Shown: in pieces, positions 56,720-64,000 of the stretch
Layout: each line of letters begins with the position of its first letter
Position numbering within the stretch: position 1 is the first letter of the stretch
Origin: Cyanophora paradoxa CCMP329
Taxonomy: Eukaryota > Plantae > Glaucophyta
Direction of reading: 5' to 3'
Assembly (NCBI GenBank): GCA_004431415.1
Contig: QPMI01000519.1
Coordinates: 269,064-333,063, forward strand
Length of the DNA: 64,000 nucleotides
Program-made: the position numbers and the translations under genes
Notes under the pieces: model-generated
Seen by the model: only the letters and a program-made list of their open reading frames with translations
Told to the model about the DNA's origin: nothing
The model's database searches: none

Positions 56720-59700
56720 ATGCCTGCGGAGGACGCGATGTCGCTGGATGAGGCCAGCCCGCCGCCTGCAGACCCGCACGACGTGGTCGTCGATGAGCTG
56801 CGCACAAGCCTTGCCGCCGAGCTGGCCCGCTTCCGCGAGCGCCGCCGGCGGGTCACGGAGGCGGCGCGCGCGGCTGCCGGGAACCCGCGCAGGCAGATCA
56901 CGGACTACTTCAAGATCGCTGCCGCCGCCAAGAAGCGGCGACAGGCGGCGAGCGGCGGCCCGCAGCTTGCATTTGTCGCCCCGCGGCCCGCACCGGCGCC
57001 GTCCCCCGTGCCCAGCACGAGCGCGCTGGAGCTCTCCGAGCTGATGGAGGGCACCAGCGCGTCGCCACCGGAGATCGTGGATCTTGAGGAGGAGGAGGCC
57101 GAGGGCGACGAGCCCGACACGGCAGCCGGGTGCTACGCCGGCCTCGCCCGGTCCGCCCGCCCGGCGCCCGTTCGCGAGGCGCTCGCTCACGCACAAGCTG
57201 GCGCGCGCCGCAGGATGCTCGAGCGGCTGCGCGGGGAGGTCGGGCGGGCGCTGATCGCCGGCGGGGAGCTCTCGACGGCGGCGGCGGTCTTCGAGTCGGC
57301 GACGGAGGCGTGCCTCGGGCTGCTCGCCGACCACAGCGGCGACGAGGCGCTCGACTCCGCCGCCGAGCAGGCCATGCGCTCCGTCCGCTCCGCCGCCGCC
57401 GCCCTCTGGCCCGTGCGCCCGCCCCCGCCCGCCCGTCGCCCGCCCCGCCCGGCCGGCGCCGCCGGCGCTCAGGCGGCGGCAGCGGCTCGTGATGGACGGG
57501 GCGCTGCCGGCGGAGGAGCGGGAGCGGCTGGCGGCGCGGCTCGCGGGGTGGAGCGGGGCGGAGGGGACGCCTTCGCGACGGCCGCGCTGCTCGCGGGGCG
57601 CGGGTGGGGCGACCCCGCCCTGCGCCGCGCCATGCGGGCCCCCAGCGAGGCCGGCCCGACGAGGGCGAGGGCGAGGGCGAGGGCGAGGGCGGAGAGCTCC
57701 CGCCGGGCGAGACGCCCGCCTCCATCCGCGCCCGCGTCCGCTTCCTCAGCGAGACAGGCGCGCCCCGCCCGCGCCGCGCCGCCCGCCCTCGCCGCCCTGC
57801 TTCGGCCAACCGAGCCCGGGCACGCAGGGGAGCACGAAGCGGCGTTCTGGCTGGCGGCCGGGGCCGGCGAGTTCGCGGCGGCGGCGGCGTGCGGGATGCG
57901 CGGCGGGCGCGTGGCCGAGGCGCTCTGCGCCGCCCTCGAGCGCGTGCCGGAGGCGGCGGCGCTGGAGCGCATCGCCGCCGCCGCCGCCGCCGCCGGCTCC
58001 TTCTGGGGGCCCTTCTGGCTCCGCGCCCGCCTCGCCCGCGCCGCCCCGACGCCGCCGAGGCACGGCAGCGCTACGCCGCCCTCGTCCACGGGGCCGCCGA
58101 CGCCCTCGCCGCCGCCCTCGGGCACCCGACGCGCCCCGCCGCCGCCGCCCCCGCCGGCCCGGGCGGGCCGGGCGAAGCGGGCGGGCCGGAGGGAAAGGAG
58201 GAGGCGCAGGCGGCGGGGCCGGTGGGGCGGGACGTCGGGGGCTCGCTGCTGCGGCTGGCGGCGGGGCGGCGGGCGGGCGCTGGCGGGCGAGGCGTGCGAG
58301 GCGGCGGCCTTCCGGCGCTGCGTGGAGTCCCTGGGGGACGCCCCGCACCTCCCCGCCGCCCTCGCCGCCGCCGAGTGCGCCGCCTGCCTCGCCCAGGCCG
58401 CCGGCCGCCTCACCCGCCCCGCCGCCGCCGCCGCCGCCGCCCGCCTCGAGGCCGCCGGCGACCCCGCGGCCGCCCTGCGCGCCCGGCTCGCCGCGGGCTG
58501 CGCACCCCGGCGACTGCGAGGCAGCGCGCCGGCTGCTCGCCCGGGCGCCCCCGCGGAGGTGCCGGCGCTGGCGGAGGCGGCGGCGGGGTACGCGGCGGGG
58601 GAGCCGTCCCCGGCGACGGTGCGGTGCGCGCGGCGGCTGCTGGACGCGGCGGCCGCCGCCGGCCACGCCGACGCCGCCGCGCGCGCCGCGGGCCGCCTGC
58701 TCGCCGCGCTCTACGCGCGGGCGGCGCGGGCGGCGGGGCCCGAGGCGGAGGAGGCGGGTGCGGGCGGGAGGAGGAGGACGAGGCGGCGGAGGCGGAGTGG
58801 CGGGAGCTGGACGCGCGGGAGGCCGAGGCGGCGGCCCGCGAGGCGGCCCGCGCCCGCCGCCAGCTGCCCGCCCCGGCCCTCCGCCGGGGAGGGCGAGGCC
58901 GCCCCGGGGCCCCCTTGCGGACGCGCTCGGCGAGGCGGGGCGGGGCGGGGGCGTGCCCGGGGAGGCCCCGGGCGCCCCCGCCCCGGAGTGGGAGCTCGGG
59001 CCCCTCACCCGCTGGCTCCTCGACCGGGTCCCCGCCCCGCACGCCCCCCGCCCCGCACCCCCTCCCTCACCCGCCCCCGCAGGCGGAGGCGGCCGCCCCG
59101 GAAGCGGCGTCCGAGTGCCTCGAGGGGGTCGATTGGGCGGGACGCTCCTCGGAGGCGGTCCGCCGCCTGCCCTCCGCTCGCCCCGCACCCGCCCTCCGCG
59201 TGCATCCTGAGGCAGAGCGCAGGCGGCGCGGGCCGTGGACCTGCCCTCGGTCGCCCGGGCGGCGGCCCTGGCGCGGGCGGCCGGCGACGGGCCCGCGCGG
59301 CGGCCCTCGCCCGCGCCTACGCGTGCCGCGTCGCCGTGGACCCCGCCGAGCACCGCGCCGCCGCCACCGCCTTCCCCTGCCCGCCCCCCGGCCCGCCCCT
59401 CGCCCGCCGGGCCCCGCGACGGCGCAGCCCTCCCCGCCATCCTCGCCGCCTCCGCATCCCTCTCCCCGGTCCGCGCCCGCGCCCGCCGCCCTCTGCTTTC
59501 CCTCCGAGCGCGAAAGCGAGCGCGGCGGCGGCAGGAGCGGGCGGAGGAGCGGGCGGCCCTCCGGCGCCTCGCCTTCCGCGCATGCCTCCTCTCCGTCGAG
59601 GGCCCCTCCCTCCAGGCGCGCGCGTACCCCCCTGGGCCTCCCCCCCCCTCGCCGGCTGACGGGGCGCAGCTGGCGTGGGCGACGATGAGCGCCGAGGAGC

Positions 59701-60970
59701 TCTCGGCGCACGTCGAGCCGCTGGCGGGCACCCCGCCGCCTGCCTCGCGGTCGCTGAGGCCTTCGCCGCCGCCGGCTGGCCCCGCCGCGCCCTCTCCGCC
59801 GCCTCCCGCGCCGTCCTCCGCGCCGCGCGCGCCGGCGCGGCCGGCGCGGCGACCCTCTGCGAAATAGAGGAGCGCTTCATGGGCCTCGCCGCCGCCGAGG
59901 GCTCCGGTCCGCCCTCCGCCCCGCCCGCCCCGCCGCCCGCCGCCGACGCGGCCGCAGCGGAGCAGCTCGCGGTCTCGCTGTGGGAGGCGCACCCCAGCCG
60001 GCGCTTCTGGGACGCGGTGCGGGGCGCCGCGGCGGACTGGCCGGCGGCGCGGGCGCGGCTGCTGCGGCGCTGGGCGGACAAGGCGTACGCCAACGCCGCC
60101 GACGCCTGCCGCGTCCTCGCCGACGAGCGGTGCGCCGCCCCGCCCCGCTGCTTCCTGCCCGAGGCTTCTCTCAGCGCCGCGCGGCGGGCAGGGAGTGGGC
60201 GGCGCTGGGGTACGCGCTGCGGGAGGCGGAGCGGCGGCCCGACTCGGCGCTCGCCGCCCTCGAGGGCCTCGCCCCGCCCTCGCCGCCCCGCCGCCCCGCC
60301 GCCCCCGCCGCCGTCCCCGCGGCGATGGGCCGCTGCGCCCGCGCGCACGCGGCGGCTGCCGCCGGGGCGCGGGCCGAGGCGGCGTGGGCCCGCTCCTCTC
60401 CGTCCTGCGCGCCCTGCGCGACGGTGGCGGGGCGGCGGGGCTGGCGGGGCGGCGGAGTGCGCGCGGGGCGCGGTGCTGGGCCTGCTGGACCGCGCGGAGG
60501 CCATCGACGACCCCTGCTTCGACCCCGCCCGCTTCGCCAAGGCGCGCCCTCTCGCCCCGCCCCGCCCCGCCCAAGCGGCCTGGCTTACCGCTGCGCTGCG
60601 GGGGCAGCTGCTGCTGGAGGCGCGGGCGGCGTGCGGGGGCGGCGGGGCCGGCGGCTGGCGCGAGTTCCTCGAGGGGCCCTGCGCCGCGCGCCGCGCGCCG
60701 CCGCCGCCGCCGTCCGCGCCCTCCCCGCCCTCGCCCCCGACCTCGCCGCTCCGCCGCCCCGCCGCGCCGGCTCCGAGGCGCCCGGCCCTCTCGCGGCACG
60801 CTGGCGGGCCGGCAGCCGCCGCCGCTCGCCCCGCTGCCGCCGGCCCCAAGCGGTCCGCGCCGACGGCGCCGGCGGCGGCGGCGGCGGCGGCCACCGCCAA
60901 GCAGGTTCCCAAGGCGGAGGCCGACCCGAAGCGAGCGCGCCTGTTTGCCTTTCTCTCGGGGCGCGGCTGA
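56720..60970 (+). CDS. Large Ala/Leu-rich helical protein with N-terminal PIP-like and SIM-like motifs; family unknown
   Basis: First exon has RRQITDYFK and EIVDLEEEE; many Ala-rich helical exons follow; ends KRARLFAFLSGRG* at 60970. Internal exon structure not fully resolved. Confidence 0.6.
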
Positions 60971-61348
60971 CCGCGGCGCGGCCCCTCGACGGCGCGCGAC
61001 GCCCCATCCCCGTTATGTCATATGCATCAACCATTTCTCTCTGCTTGAATTTGGCCACCTGGGGGTACAGCACGAAACAAACACAAGCGGGGTAAAACGC
61101 ACGGTCCGGAAAAAGATCTAGAGGAGCGGCTAGCAGCGGCGCACGATCAGATCTAGATCTAGATCAGCGCCGATCATATGCATTAGGAGATCTAGAGCCA
61201 TGCATATATATATGGCCCAGCATGCAGGTGTGCTAGCGCTTTTGCTTCGTATGTGCATGATGCCGATGACGCTGGCGAAAGATGTGATCGCCAAGCTCGT
61301 TGGCGGCGACTACTATAAATCATAAAGCTACGCAGCGTCTAGCTAAAG

Positions 61349-64000
61349 CTAGCGCCTGCCCTTCTTTGCGGAGCGGAGGCGCTTGAGGGCGTCCTTGTGC
61401 TTGCGCTTGAAGTCCTGCGTGAGGGCCCGCCGCTCCTCCCGCCACTTCTCCGGCCCCGCCCCGGGCCCCGCCCCTGCCCCCCCCGACCGCACGAACAGCA
61501 GGCTCGCGTCTCCGCCCCCCTCCTCCTCGCCGTACCCCTCCTCCTCGCCGTACCCCTCCTCCTCGCCGCCGCCGTAGCCTCCCCGACCCCAGCGGGGGCC
61601 CCACGCGCCCTCGCCGCCGCCGTCCTCGTCTCCTCCGAAGTCGCCGCCGGCCCCTCCGGCGCCCTTCGGCTTGGCGGCGGAGGACGGCCCCGCCGCCTTC
61701 CTGCGCCCCCAGCGGCCGCCCCTCAGCCGCGGGCGAGGCCGGCGCGCCGCGGCGCACGCGCGCGCGCACCGCTGGGCCCCGCCGGGGCGGCGGGCTCGGG
61801 CGGGCTGCGCCTTGCGGGCGGCGGCGCGCGGGGCGGACTGGGGCGCCTCCGCCGGCTCGTCCCCACCTTCGGGTCGGGTCGGGTCGGGTCGATCGGGCGA
61901 GAGGGGCGGGAGGGGCGGGGCGGGGCACTCGAAGAGCAGCTCCGAGTCGCGCAGGAGGGACGCCAGGTCCTGCCGCCCCCGCAACCCGCCCCGTCACCAG
62001 CCGCAGCCGGCTCGCCGGGCGGGGCGGGGTAAAGCTCGCCTGCTTCGGGCGGGGCCGGGGCGGGGGCGGGCCGGGCGGGCCGCCGAGGAGGGAGAAGGTC
62101 TCGCGAGACTCGGCGCCGAAGAAGATGCCCGGATGCCGGCCTGCCGCCCCGCCCCGCCCCGTCAGCCCGCGCCGAGCAGGGCCAGCGGGCGGGGGGCGGG
62201 CGGGCCTTCACGAAGCCCCCACGGTCACCGCCGCGGCGCCCACGCCGGCCGGCACCTCCGGCGCCGCCGGCAGCGGCGGGCCCTCCGCCCCGCCCTCGGC
62301 CGCCTCGGCCGCCGCCGCCGGCTTCTTCTGCTCCGGAGCGTCGCCCCGCGCGGCGGCCCGCGCCGCGTTGCGCGCGTCGCGCTTCGCCCGCTTGCGAGCC
62401 TTCCGCTCCTCCGCAGTCTCTCCCGCCTCTGCGGCTGCGGCAGGACCCAATTCGGCCCAGCCGCGAGCGGTCCTGGGCTTACTGCGCCACGCACCGGCCC
62501 CCTTTGGCGCATCGCCTGCGCCGGCCGCCGCCCCGCCCGCCGGGCCGCCGTCTGCGTACCCAGCGCTCAAGCGGGGGGCGCCTGCGGGGTGGCCGGGCGC
62601 ACCCGGCGGCGCCACGAGGCCCTCATCGCCGGCCTTCTGCCTCCGCTTGCGGCCCTTCGCCTCCTCGGCCGACGCCGCCACCGCCTCCGGGGCCGGCTCA
62701 GCTGCAGCCGGGGCCGCTCTGGCGTCTCCCTCCCCGTCGCCCTCCGCGCCCTTGCGCCGCTTCCTCGCCTCCCGCCTGGGCGCCTCCGCCTCCGCCTCCC
62801 CCGCCGGCGGCGGCTCTGCTGCGGGGGCGCGTCGGCCGAGAGGGGCGCCCGGGGCTGCACAGGGGACGCACGGAAGGCCTCGCCTGGGGGCGAGCCCTCC
62901 GACTTGTCGCTCTTCCGCCCCTTCTCGGCCTTCTTCTCGGCGGCAGGCTTCGCGGCGGGCGGCGGCGGCTCTGCCCGAGGGCCCTTAGAGGGCCCGCGGC
63001 GATCGCGGGTCCTCAACCCCCCCGCTCACCTGAGCCCTCCGTCGCTCCCTCCTCCGCCTCCGCCGCCGCCTCCGACTTGCGAGCCTTCCTGTCCTTCTTC
63101 TTCTTCTTTTTGGGCGCCGGCTCCGGCGCCGCCTCTTCCCGCCTCTCCTCGTTCTCTGCCGATTCGGGGTCGCCCCTGCGCCTTGCCCTCACCCCCGCCG
63201 TGCCTGCAGGGCGCCGTCAGGCGGCGTCCTGATGGACGCAGCGCCGCGCGCGGCACGGCGCGCCTGTCTCCTCGACGGGCGCCGGCTCCGCCTGCTCCAC
63301 TGGGGCCGGGGCCGGGGCCGGGGCCGGGGCCGGGGCGGGGGCGGGGGCCTTGGCGGCCCTCTCCTCGCGGAGGCGGCGCTGCTCGTCGCGGCGCTTGCGC
63401 GCTTCTTCCTTTCGCCGCCGCTCGTTCTCCAGCGCCCGCGCCCGCGCCTCCTCCCGCCGCTCCGCCGCTGCCCGGCCCCCAGCTCAGAGGCCCGCCCGCG
63501 CGCCGGCGGGGGCAATCGCACCGGTGAGCTGCCGCGGCGACGCCGCGGCGGCCGGGGCCGGCGCTGCGGGCGGCAGGGCGGCGTCAGAGGCGGCGCGCCC
63601 GGCGGGGGCGGCGGGGCAGGGCGGGGGCGTCGTGCCGGGGGCCGGGGCGCGCTCCCTCCGCATCGCCTCGATCAGCGCCCGCTCCGGCCCCGCCTCCTCC
63701 TCTTCCTCTGCATCCTTCGCCTCCTCCCCGCCCGCCCCCGCCCGCCCCTCCTCGCCGCCCTCCTCCGCGCCGCCGTACCCCGCCTGGCCGTCGTCCCCCG
63801 CGTCCTTGCTGGGGTCGTACCGCACGACCGACGGGAGCAGGCCCGACGGGGGTACAGGGCTGCCAGCAGGGGGGGGGGGAAGAGGGTCAGACCGAGGAGG
63901 GGTAAGGGCACAAGAGCGGAGCGCACGGGGCGGGGGCGGGGGCGGCCGGCCCTTCCGCCGGAGCCTCCTCGAGGTCCAGGAAGTCGAGCACCTGTACCCC
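61349..64000 (-). CDS. NOL8-like nucleolar protein, C-terminal part (5' end outside window)
   Basis: VVRYDPSKD and terminal LFVRS...WREERRALTQDFKRKHKDALKR resemble the NOL8 motifs (HYDP; W...LRMDCRKKHKDAKR) as recalled; Lys-rich low-complexity sequence between. Confidence 0.65.

Noticed and set aside
1-64000. Hundreds of long Arg/Pro/Ala/Gly-rich ORFs in the six-frame track (e.g. 40943-44398, 56531-59659, 57746-60799)
   Set aside because: Artefacts of extreme GC content and read-through of stop-free introns. Only parts coincide with real exons.

Overview
Eukaryotic nuclear DNA, not prokaryotic. It is very GC-rich and gene-dense, with many short introns (mostly ~40-100 nt), so the six-frame ORF track is largely misleading and I built gene models by splicing exons by eye. 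Boundaries are approximate and family calls come from recalled motifs, not database searches. A Deg1-type protease whose presequence starts M-F-V and carries a thylakoid signal points to a primary-plastid alga, most plausibly a glaucophyte such as Cyanophora (inference). About 16 genes in order: SLC22A18-like MFS transporter (-), BAH-domain protein (+), possible ricin-B-like protein (+), NT-C2/coiled-coil protein (+), short unknown gene (+), a mobile-element/pseudogene island (~17.9-22.0 kb), temptin-like secreted protein (-), F-box/LRR protein (-), PCMT1 (+), a receptor adenylyl cyclase-phosphodiesterase fusion (+), PAP/OAS1-type nucleotidyltransferase with a polyQ tail (+), a LamG-TM-TIR receptor (+), Deg1-like protease (-), a 73-aa membrane microprotein (+), EEF2KMT-like methyltransferase (+), Ala-rich PIP/SIM protein (+) and a NOL8-like partial gene (-). 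Top findings: (1) one polypeptide with TM-sensor-TM-HAMP-PAS-adenylyl cyclase-class I PDE, whose ectodomain resembles the periplasmic domain of cyanobacterial PixJ-type chemoreceptors; (2) a Toll-like-architecture receptor (lectin-fold ectodomain, TM, TIR with intact catalytic Glu) in an alga; (3) frequent GC-AG introns with an atypical donor consensus.
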